From contig NC_086108.1 in assembly GCF_963921235.1 (NCBI RefSeq), forward strand, positions 92,134,001 through 92,198,000: DNA of 64,000 bases, written 5' to 3'. Shown one piece after another: positions 11,551 to 21,596 of this stretch. Made by a program: the position numbers and the translations under genes. The stretch's first letter is position 1, and each line of letters starts with the position of its first letter. A model generated the notes under the pieces. That model saw only the letters and a list, made by a program, of their open reading frames with translations, did not search any database and was not told the DNA's origin. This DNA is from Mobula hypostoma (taxonomy: Eukaryota).

Positions 11551-13170
11551 CAGTGCCTATGTAAAGTATTCACTCCCACCCCTTGGAAGTTTTTATGTTT
11601 TATTGTTTTACAACATTTAATCACAGTGGATTTAATTTGGCTTTTTTGGGCACTGATAAACAGAAAAGGACTCTTTTGTGTCAAAATGAAAACAGATCTC
11701 TACAAAGTGATCTAAATTAATTACAAATATAAAACACAAAGTAATTGATTGCATAAGTATTTACCCCCTTTAATATGACACACCAAATCATCACTAGTGT
11801 AGCCAATTGATTTTGGAAGTCACATACTTAGTTAAATGGAAATTACCTGTGTAGAATCAAGGTGTTTCAATTGATTGTGGTGAAAAAAAATGCACTTGTA
11901 TCTGAAAGGTTTAACTGCCGCTGAGTCAATATCCTGACAAAAAATTACACCATGCAGTCAAAGGAACGCCCTAAGCAACTCCACAAAAAGGTTATTGAAA
12001 AGCACAATTCAGGCGATGGATACAAGGAAATTTGTAAGTCACTGAATATCCCTTGGAGTACAGTTAAGTCAATCATCAAGAAATGGAAAGAATATGGCAC
12101 AGATGTAAAACTCTGCATAGAAAAGGCCATCATCAAAAACTGAGTGATTGTGCAAGAAGGGGACTAGTGAGGGAGGTCACCAAGAGACCTATGACAGCTC
12201 TAGAGGAATTACCAGCTTCAGTGGCTGAGATGGGAGAGACTTCACATACAACTGTTGCCCAGGTGTTTCACCACTCACAATTTTATGGGAGAGTGGCAAA
12301 GAGAAAGCCACTGTTGAAAAACACTCACATGAAATCTCAACTTGAATTTGCCAGAAGGCATGTGGGAGACACTGAAGTCAGCTGGAAGAAGGTTCTATGG
12401 TCTGATGAAACCAAAACTGAGCTTTTTTGCCATCAGGTTAAACACTACGTTTGGCATAAGCAAAACACTGCACATCATCAAAAACGCACCATCCCTACTG
12501 TGAAGCATGGTGGTGGCTGTTTCATGCTGTGGGATGCTTCACTGCAGCAGGCCCTGGAAGGCTTGTGAAAGTAGAGGCTAAAACGAATGTAGCAAAATGC
12601 AAGGAAACCCTGGGGGAAAGCCTGATGCAGTCTGCAAGAGAATTGTGACTTAGAAGATTTCTTTTCCAGCAAGACAATATTCCCAAGCATAAAGCCAAAG
12701 CTACACAGGAATGGCTTAAAAACAAAAAAGTTAGTGTCCTGGAGTGGAGTCCAGACCCCAATCCAATTGAAAATTTGTGGCTGGACTTGAAAAGAATTGT
12801 TCACTCATGATCCCCATGCAATCTGACAGAACTTGAGTAGTTTTCTAAAGAATGGTGAGAAAATGCAATGTCTAAATGTGCAAAGCTGATAGAGACCTAT
12901 CCACATAGGCTCAAGGTTGTAATTGCTGCCAAAGGTGCATCTACTAAATACTAGCTTGAAGGTAGTGAATACTTGTGCAATCAATTATTTTGTTTTATAT
13001 TTGTAATTAATTTAGATCACTTTGTAGAGACCTGTTTCCACTGACAAGTGAGTCTTTTTCCTTTGATCAGTGTCAAAAAAAACTGAATCACAGTGGATTT
13101 AATGTTATAAAACATGAAAGCTTCTGGGGCGGGGCGGGGGGTGCAGGGTGAATACTTTTTATAGGCACTG
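11551..13170 (+). mobile_element. Full-length Tc1-family DNA transposon (IR/DR type)
   Basis: About 220-bp TIRs CAGTGCCTAT...ATAGGCACTG; TA duplication at 11549-11550 and 13171-13172. Confidence 0.95.
11952..12954 (+). pseudogene. Tc1 transposase pseudogene
   Basis: HTH (GYKEICKSLNIPWSTVKSIIKKWKEYG), [29 protein letters not shown]-stop; frameshifts and stops. Confidence 0.9.
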
Positions 13171-15614
13171 TAACTTGGCTGAGTGGTGTCACAACGACAG
13201 CCTCTTTCACAGCGAGGAGAAGATTGATAATCCATAACAGTTCTCATTGTCACTCAGGAGAAACACATTTTGTTTTAACCATGCATAACCAGATACTGAT
13301 AGATTTAGTCACATATTTAAAGATTCGATTGCTAGAGTTTATTAATAGTCTGCTTTCTGTCCAGGTTGCCATCAAGCAACAAGACAATAGTGGTTTCTTT
13401 GATTAAAATGCAAGGAATTATAACTGGTTTTATTTGTGTCTGACAGTATAATTTGCTTGAAATGATTTTACAGGTCTCATCAGTCCCGGCGACTCAATAA
13501 CAGTTGTTTTTTTTTAAATCTAAACAGCATTAAAATTACTACATTCTTTAAAATATTCACTGGTTTACAAATTAAATCTTAATTATTTAAATAAACAAAT
13601 TTTCCAATTTGTATTGTAAAATTATTGATTACAATGGAAATTGTTACTGTATTGCCATCTGTAGTGCATTTTCCCAGGACTCCTCAGGCTGCAGTCTAAA
13701 TCCATATTTTTCCCTTTACACCAGCTGAAGACTTTGGTCCAAGCTTCATCCTTTTGCAACACACAAAACACAATGCTAACAAGCCTTTGGTCTAACCATT
13801 TAACAGGAAGTCCCTCGTGCCCATGCAATAACCAGAGGCTTTCTTCTGCATAATGTCAGATGTAGCTTGTTCTTTTAACATCAGGCCAAGTCCCCTGCAT
13901 GTGTTAAGCTACCTACCACTAACTAAGCAGCATAAAACTGATACTTGCAAAAGCTCCATTGGTGTCAAAAAGATAGAAATTAGAACATAGAACAGTACTG
14001 CAAAGGAATGTGCCTTTTGGCGCACAATGTTGTGCCAAGTTTATGAAGCTAATGACATCTAATCCCTTCAGTCTGCACGTGGTCCATATCCTTCCATTCT
14101 CTGCTTATTCATGTGCATAAGAGCCTCCTGATGACCCCTGCCAATTGATTATGATTCAGATTGGTTACTAAGTTTTGAATACATAATCTAAACAGGGTCC
14201 ATATTAAGGTAGGGGGAGTGGTGTTCTATCATAGATCGAGTAGCTATCCAGATAACTTATACTAGGGCAGAATTGGCTAGTGCCAGGGGGCATAATTTTA
14301 AGGTAATTGCAGGGAATTATGGGGGGGTGGATTTCAGAGGTAAGTTTTTTTTACACAGACTGATGAGTGCGAGGGCTGGTGGTGGTGACAGATATATTAG
14401 GGGCATTATAAAAAACTCTTAGATAGGCACATGAATGATAGAAAAATTGAGACTGCAGATAGAAGAGTAGATAGATCTTAAGCAGGTTAAAAGGTCAGCA
14501 CAAAGTTATGGGCTGACAGGCCTGTACTATAATGTTATGTGTTCTAAGACATGTAGGATAAACAGAAATTCCATCCCGAGACGAGAAGCAGTTTAGATCG
14601 ACATTATACAGTCCCTCAGACAGCTTACATTCCCTTTCATTACATGTATAATGCCTAGCACTCTCATCCCCATCATTGTTCTGCATCCCTCGCGTCATAC
14701 AAGGTTGTGCGCTTTTTACCAGCCCACTCTCAGAGGAATCTTGGTTCGTCACCACAGACTCCAGCAAATTTCTATAGACGTACCGCGGAGAGCATTCTGT
14801 CTGGTTGCCTCGGCACTTGCTAGGCAGGGGCCTTTGCAGAGGATCAGGAAAAGCTGCAGAGGGCTGCAAGGTCGGCCAGCTCCAACATGGGCACAAGCTT
14901 CCCCAGCACTGAGGACATCTTCAAAAGGCAATGCCTCAAAATGGCGGCATCCATCATTATGGACCCCGACCCTTCATCACCCAGGGCACGTTCTCTTATG
15001 ATTACCATCAGCGAAGGAGGTACAGGAGCCTGAAGACACAGACTCAATGTTTTAGGAACAGCTTCTTCCCCTCCACCATCAGATTTCTGATTGGACAATG
15101 AACCAACCCATGAACGCTACCTCAGTACTTTTTCTCTCTCCTTGCACTACTTACTTCATCAATTACTTAATGCTGCATATACATTTCTTATTGTAATTTA
15201 TAGATTTTTATGCACTGCACTGTGCACTGTTCAGATATCTTGGCAGCCTAATAACAAGTAATGGCAGGTGTGACACGGATATCAAATACAGAATAACAAT
15301 GGCGAAAGAAGCTTTCCAAAAAATGAAGACCATATTGACAGACAGAAAGATGAGCACGTACACTACATACAGAATACTGCAGTGCTACATTTATTCTATC
15401 CTGACTTATGGAAGTGAATGCTGGACCATTTCCCCAGCAATGGAAAAGAGACTAGAAGCAGCTGTATTATGGTTCTACAGGAGAATATTAAAAATATCAT
15501 GGACCACACACACATCAAATGAAGAAGTTCTCAGAAGAGCCCAAGCAGTTCGATCACTCATACCAACAATAAGAGAAAGACAACTCAGATTCCTAGGACA
15601 CATCATGCGGAAAG

Positions 15615-16047
15615 TCAATCAGTGGGTGCCGTCCCAAATCCGGGGTTGGCAGCTATGCACCTCCATCTTCTTCGATCTTGTGACAGCACCGAGTACAGCC
15701 TCTCCTCCAGTTTGTTCTCGTTGGCTGCCTTGGCACCGCCCGCCACTGCCACCGCCAAACTCGAGCCTGAGGCCGTGTCGGTCTCCAGCCGCGGCCGCTT
15801 CTTCGAGTTCGGCCCTTCCTTAGGCGGAGGCCTTGGGCAGGTCCAGGCACACGGCACAGCACCCAAGTTCATCATCTCTCTTCTAACTAAGTGCATAGCA
15901 TACGATTCGTAGATACGTGGTAAGGCTTTAATCTCTTCCACAGAAGATGGCCGTTGGCTCACAAGGAGCTCATCCGCCCTTTGTCAGGTCTTGGTTTTTT
16001 TTTAGTCCTGCTGGGTGTCCTCACACCCTCCTCACCAGACTAAGTCT
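15615..16047 (-). mobile_element. Non-autonomous RTE-derived retroposon carrying a captured gene fragment
   Basis: TSD GGAAAG at 15609-15614 and 16048-16053; 3' end encodes RTE C-terminal (A)QDRRRWRCIAANP..; 5' part resembles an RTE 5' UTR. Confidence 0.75.
15683..15862 (-). pseudogene. ZFTRAF1: Circularly permuted fragment of the ZFTRAF1/CYHR1 5' coding region
   Basis: Block 15862-15825 = [12 protein letters not shown]; block 15824-15683 = [14 protein letters not shown]...[10 protein letters not shown]; the order recalled for vertebrate ZFTRAF1 is KKR...[25 protein letters not shown]. Confidence 0.85.
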
Positions 16048-16554
16048 GGAAAGATGAACAAGAAAAACTCGTACTCTCTGGGAAGATCAAGGAGACCAAA
16101 CCTAGAGGAAGACCTCAGCTTATGTATGTCAAAAGCCTAGCCAGGTGGCTACACAGAGGAAATGGAAGTCATCCAAAAAATGAAGGATAGCTCTATATGG
16201 AAAACCATGGTCACCAAAGTCCACATCAGAAATGGTACCAAGACAGACAGAGACCGTGCTACTGTCACAAAATAACAAATTTCATGACATGTCAGCAATA
16301 TTAAGCCTGATTCTGAATCTAACTCTGAAGTAATGGGTTGGATGATGCACCATCCAATCACACACCTCCCCCACCCCCTCTCCAGTCACACAGGGACGCA
16401 TTCTCCTTTTGTGGCTGTGTGCCTTGGACAAACTTGAAGCCTCCATTCTATGGCTATCCTGTGTGCAGAATTGCCTTCCAGAGGTCACAGGGCATCCAAG
16501 TAACACACCTGAGGCCCCTTTCCAGGACCAATAAGAGCCTTTGACAGCTCATAC

Positions 16555-17703
16555 CTGTGATCAGGGGCATTTTTATTGAGAAAGTAAGGAGGCATGGGAT
16601 TGAAGGGGACATTGCCTTGTGGATCCAGAATTGGCTTGCCCACAGAAGGCAAAGAATGGTTGTAGGTGGGTCATATTCTGCATGGAGGCCCGTGACCCAG
16701 GGATCTGTTCTGGGGCCCCTTCTCTTTGTGATTTTTATAAATGACCTGGATGAGGAAGTGGAGGGATGGGTTAGTAAATTTTCCTGATAACACAAAGGTT
16801 GGGGGTGTTGTGGATAATGTGGAGGGCTGTCAGAGGTTATAGCTGGATGGCGATAGGATGCAAAACTGGGCTGAGAAGTGGCAGATGGAGTTCAACCCAG
16901 ATAAGTATGAGGTGGTTCATTTTGAGGTCAAATATGATGGCAGAATATAGTATTAATGGTAAGACTCTTGGCAGTGTGGAGGATCAGAGGGATCTTGGGG
17001 TCTGAGTCCATAGGACACTCAAAGCAGCTGCGCAAGTTGACTCTGTAGTTAAGAAGGCATACGGTGCATTGGCCCTCATCAATCGTGGGACTGAGTTCAA
17101 GAGCTGAGAGGTAATGTTGCAGCTATATGGGACCCTGGTCAGACCCCACTTGGAGGACTGTGCTCAGTTCTGGTCACCTCACTTCAGGAAGGATGTGGAA
17201 ACTATAGAAAGGGTGCAGCGGAAATTTACAAGGATGTTGCCTGGATTGGGGAGCACGCCTTATGAGAATAGGGTGAATGAACTTGGCCTTTTCTTCTTGG
17301 AGCGACGGAGAATGAGAGGTGACCTGATAGAGGTGTATAAGATGATGAGAGGCATTGATCGTGTGGATAGTCAGAGGCTTTTTCCCGGGGCTGAAATGGC
17401 TAAAATGAGAGGGCACAGTTTTAAACTGCTTGGAAGTAGGTACAGAGGAGATGTCAGGGATGTTTTTTTTTTACACTGAGAGTGGTGAGTGCATGGAATG
17501 GCCTGCCTGTGACGGTGGTGGAGGCAGGTGGCAGATGCAATTGGGTCTTTTAAGAGACTCCTGGAGAGGTACATGGAGCTTAGAAAAATGGAGGGCTATG
17601 GGTAACCCTAGGTAATTTCTAAAGTAAGTACATGTTCGGCACAGCATTGTGGGCCAAAGGGTCTGTATTGTGCTGTAGGTTTTCTATGTTTTTATGTTTC
17701 TAT
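16555..17703 (+). mobile_element. CR1 LINE RT to 3' end
   Basis: [30 protein letters not shown]; (CTATGTTT)-like tail. Confidence 0.9.
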
Positions 17704-18269
17704 TTCAAAAACATCAGCATCCATTAAAATAATTTTAAAAATACAAGATTACTAAAAGAATGAAAAAAATTAAAATTACTACATGTTCATTCAGAAACCA
17801 ATTAAATTACTGTCACTTAATTAAAATAGCAGGGAAGTAAATAAAAATAAACAGAAGTTTAGTTTAACATAATGCTTTAATGAAGGTTGATGTGGTCTTT
17901 CAGGAAATGGAGCCCTATTGGGAGCATCATTTATGGCTGGTATGTATCTGAGTGATCAAGCAAGAAGCGTATCCAGTCCGGCATTTCAGTAAGTTTCCGA
18001 ATTGACATAGCACTCATTGGCAAGTCCCATATCTGCCCTTTGGTGCTGCAGTGCATCAGAGTTCTAGCCTAGAACATGCTGACATGAGGGATATTGCTAA
18101 TCAGAGGTATTCAACAGAACTGGTGGTTAGCGCAATCTGACCCACTGTTTACGTTGATGCAAAACAGGGCCAAACTTTAACCCGTGTGCATTCCAAAAAA
18201 GGTGCAACTGCCTTCTCATTCTTCAGAGGGGCTTACCTTCTTCTAAGGCATGAAGATGTTATATCGCCA

Positions 18270-18990
18270 CAATTTTGCTATTGTGCACCATTTTGGTCAC
18301 GCTGCTATAAGAAGGGTATCCATAAGTTTGGAAGAGAAGACTGCGAAAATGATTTGCAAGATTATTGCCAAGACTCAAGGGCCTAAGTTGTAGGGAAAGA
18401 CTGGGCAGGCAGGGAATTTATATTGTTTTATTTATTTAGTGATACTGCACAATAACAGGGCCTTCAGACCCAACGAGACCACACCCCTCAGATACACCGA
18501 TGTGACCAATTAAGCCGCAGCTCTTTGAAACGTGGGAGGAAACCAGAGCACCTAGGCGAGACCCATGTCACTGGGAGAACTTGCAAACTCCTTACAGACA
18601 GAAGTGGAACTGAACCTGGGTCACTAACACTAAAATAGTGTTGGTATTCTTTGGACTGTAGGAAACTGAGGCATGACCTTATAGAGGCTCATGGGGGGCA
18701 TAGATAGGGTGAACTTTTACCCAGAGAAAAGGTATCAAAAAGTAGAGAGCATAGGTTTAAGGTGAGAATGGAAAGATTTATAAGGAACCTGAAGGGTAAC
18801 CTCTTCAACTTGAGGGTGACATGTCCATGGAACAAGCTGCCAGACCAAGTGACTGAAGCAAGAAAGATGAAAACATTTAAAGGAAATTTGGTAAGTACAT
18901 GGATAGGAAACAGATCAATCATGGGCAAAGAGGACCAGCCATGTTAGTTGGCCTGATGAGTTTGGGCTGAAAGGATTGCTTCCATGCTGA
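18270..18990 (+). mobile_element. Degraded CR1 3' fragment split by a V-SINE
   Basis: CAPFWS.. and GNLF..RV..WNKLP remnants either side of 18425-18644. Confidence 0.65.
18425..18644 (-). mobile_element. V-SINE (HE1-like)
   Basis: Reverse V-domain gtgggaggaaaccagagcacc...gggagaacttgcaaactcc; B-box-like tgaacctggg. Confidence 0.7.
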
Positions 18991-18994
18991 ATTA

Positions 18995-19320
18995 CTGCAT
19001 GGATTCTGAGGTGACTGATGAGGCCAGTGTTAGACCTGCAATCTTTGCCAAGATGGGGTGGGAGGCAGGAGGTGAATGATGGGCAAGACATCACCCTCAG
19101 CACCATGCCAAATTCTCCTTCCCACTTTGCCTGGTTGTGGGTCAGGTGTTCCTCAGAGTTAGCAAGGATGCTGCATTTTTTTTGCAAGGAGGATTTAAGA
19201 AGATCTTCGGATGTTTTCCTTTGCCTATGTGGTGACCTCCTCCAGTGAAGGAGCTCAGAGTAGCATGCATTTCGGGAATCGGGAGCCCAGCATAGAAACC
19301 ATGAGTTCTGCTCAGCTCAG
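18995..19320 (-). mobile_element. Degraded RTE LINE 3' end
   Basis: Zn-finger-like remnant GKDCRSNTGLISHLRIH; GGGH..GK.KHPKI. Confidence 0.55.
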
Positions 19321-19689
19321 GTAACTGATTGTAACTGGTCCTCAAAATAGAGGGCACCCTGGTTTACATATGCATCGCATGAATTCAGAAGAATTTGAAA
19401 TTTCTGCAACAGATTCAGGAGAGAGACTATTCCAACCTCAATGTTTCTGAGAGGCTCCTAGCCAACTTCCTCTAGCTTTCAAGTCTATGTGTTACTTACT
19501 AAGACCCCTTGTCCAGCACACATGTAGGGTCACACTCTGTGACCAGGACATTCAGTGTCTGGTATACAGAAGGAATGGGGATTAATAGATGAGGACAAGC
19601 ACTTGAATTTATACATGGATTACTTAATCCCTGTGGTGAGCACGTGATGCATTTTAAATTGTCATCCTTTGATCTTTGTCAAAAATCCT

Positions 19690-20160
19690 AAGATCAAAGT
19701 AAATTTATTATCAACGTACATATATATTACCATATACTACCTTGAGATTTATTTTTTTGCAAGAACAAAGAAATACAATAAAATTTTACAAAATACCTAA
19801 ACGTAGGCAGACTGACAAGCAACCAACGTGCAAAGAAGAAAAACTAGGTAAATAAAAATAACACTGAGAACATGAACTGTAAAGTATCTTTGAAAGTGAG
19901 TCTGTAGGTTGTAGAATTAGTTCAGAGTAGTGGTGATTGAAGTTATCCACGCTGGTTCGGGGGCCTGATGGATGTAGGGTAATAATTGTTCCTGAGCCTA
20001 GTGGTGTGAGACTCAAGGCTTCTGTGCCTCCGGACCGATGGTAGTAGCAAGAAGAGGATATGGCCTGAATGGTGGAGGTCTGTGATGATGGATGCTGCTT
20101 TCTTGTGGCAGTGATCCATGTAAATATACTCAATGAAGGGAAGAATTTTCCCTAGTATAC
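19690..20160 (-). mobile_element. Rex1/Babar LINE 3' fragment
   Basis: KKAASIITDLHHSGHILFLLLPSVRRHRSL..RLRNNYYP. Confidence 0.75.
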
Positions 20161-20599
20161 TTCCCTTTGAGATATTAAGATGCGAGTTCAACTTAATGTG
20201 AGAATGTTTCAAGGGAGCTTTATACAGATGGGCATATGTCACTTACTACTGGTATCAAGTTCACTTGCTGTCTTTAACATGGTACATGATACTCACTTTA
20301 TCACCAGATAGCTTTAAGGCCCTTGTAAAGCCATCACCTACAGCCAAGCTCACTGAAATTCCACTGGCCAGTTCCTCCTCTCTGCAGCTACTGGAGGAGA
20401 CTTGAAAGGAAGACCATTGCACTTCTCATTTAGGTTCAGAGATTATACCGCTCAATAACAGGTCCTTCAGCACATCATGTCCATACCAACCTCCTTGCTC
20501 ATCTTCACAAATCCCATTTGCACATATTAGGACCATCTTTCTCTGCAAGGAAAGAAAGCTGAGGTCTTGCAGTAAAAGTAATGACATACAATATTTAGG

Positions 20600-20943
20600 T
20601 ATTGAAAATTATGAGGGCTATAGATAGGGTAAATGCAAGTACGCTTTTTCTACTGAAGTTGGTAGGTGAGAACTAGAGGTCATGGGTTAGGAATGAAAGG
20701 CAAAAAGTTTATGTGGTACATGAGGGGGAACTTCTTCACTTAGATGTTGGTGCAAGTGCGTAAGTGGTGAGAGTAATTTAATTTCAACATTTAAGAGAAG
20801 TTTGGATAACTACATGGATGAGAGAGGTATGGAGGGTTATGGTCTGGATGCAGGTCAATGGGACTGAGCAGAGTAATAGTTCAGCAAGGACTAGATGGGT
20901 CAAAGGGTCTGTTTCTGTGCTGTAGTTCTCTACGACTCTATGT
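20600..20943 (+). mobile_element. CR1 3' fragment
   Basis: KIMRAIDRV..TRGHGL..RGNFFT; ctctacgactctatg tail. Confidence 0.75.
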
Positions 20944-21193
20944 TGGAATGATGATGGAGAGCTTTTGTTGTGGCAGCATTAAGCAATCTTGAGAGATTAG
21001 GTAGGTATTAATATCTATGAGGAAGTGGTACAGAAGTGGAGCAGAGGCTCAGGACAGATCAGCCATGATGATATTGAACAGTGGGGCAAACGTGTAAAGG
21101 TCCCAGCGCTACTTTCCGGTGTTCTTTTGTGTTACGCTAATCCATAAAGATGACGACAAAATGACAAGGATAGCAATCAATTACAAAGACTGT

Positions 21194-21315
21194 AGAGGGA
21201 GAGAGGAAGGGAGGGGGGGAACATCGACTCAGACCATGAGAGGCCTGCGTTGGGCATTTTCATGCCTTACAAGGCACAGATTGGAAGACTGTGTGGGGCG
21301 CCACTCCTTGCACAG
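21194..21315 (-). mobile_element. 5'-truncated SINE-like insertion
   Basis: Flanked by direct repeat AAAGACTG (about 21186 and 21316); purine-rich tail on + strand. Confidence 0.5.
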
Positions 21316-21596
21316 AAAGACTGCGGGGATGGAGTGAAAACTACTGTCTAGACCAGACAGAACAAACAGGGACGTCAGAGTGATATACACGCCAGAATGT
21401 GTGTGAGTATGCCTTTCTACTCACATTTCCTGTTCTATTTTGGTCATTTATCTGCTTTGGGGACTCACCCCAGGAATGGAATGCTCCTATTGCTGACCTC
21501 AACCGTAATTTTTAGACATCCTTCCTTTCTGAAGGTGAGTCCATAACCTGCCACACAATCACAATCAGATTTCCATCGTTTTCATCAATTTCCATA

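Larger units (their letters stand above)
11175..13215 (+). mobile_element. Rex1/Babar RT fragment split by the Tc1 insertion
   Basis: [14 protein letters not shown]...FAD motifs; removing the Tc1 restores QIDNLAEWCHNDSL. Confidence 0.8.
15228..16253 (+). mobile_element. RTE-clade (BovB-like) LINE 3' fragment, interrupted
   Basis: FRYLGS..MAKEAF..ILTYGSECW..RQLRFLGHIMRK continuing after 16053 as DEQEKLVLSGKI..RGRP; tail (AGAC)n. Confidence 0.85.
14735..16322 (+). mobile_element. Rex1/Babar LINE 3' part whose tail is split by an RTE insertion
   Basis: Body 14735-15227; tail resumes at about 16254 (ctactgtcacaaaataacaaatttcatgac...gattctgaatct). Confidence 0.7.

Noticed and set aside
15683..15862. 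Functional first exon or CpG-island promoter of ZFTRAF1
   Set aside because: Order is permuted, there is no splice donor after PKAS, I found no downstream ZFTRAF1 exons, and it is embedded in a TSD-flanked retroposon.
15900..16047. HDV-like ribozyme in the RTE-type 5' region
   Set aside because: Known in some RTE 5' UTRs, but I could not assemble the nested double pseudoknot by eye; needs a descriptor search.
17904..17939. 36-nt + strand exon candidate (ctttcAG...CTG/GTATGT)
   Set aside because: Isolated, with no supported partner exon.
19500..20400. - strand exon candidates (about 20297-20400 SSSCREEELASG.. and 19500-19558 TLNVLVTECD..)
   Set aside because: Phase-compatible with each other but not linkable to a start or end, and no recognisable homology; compatible with chance.
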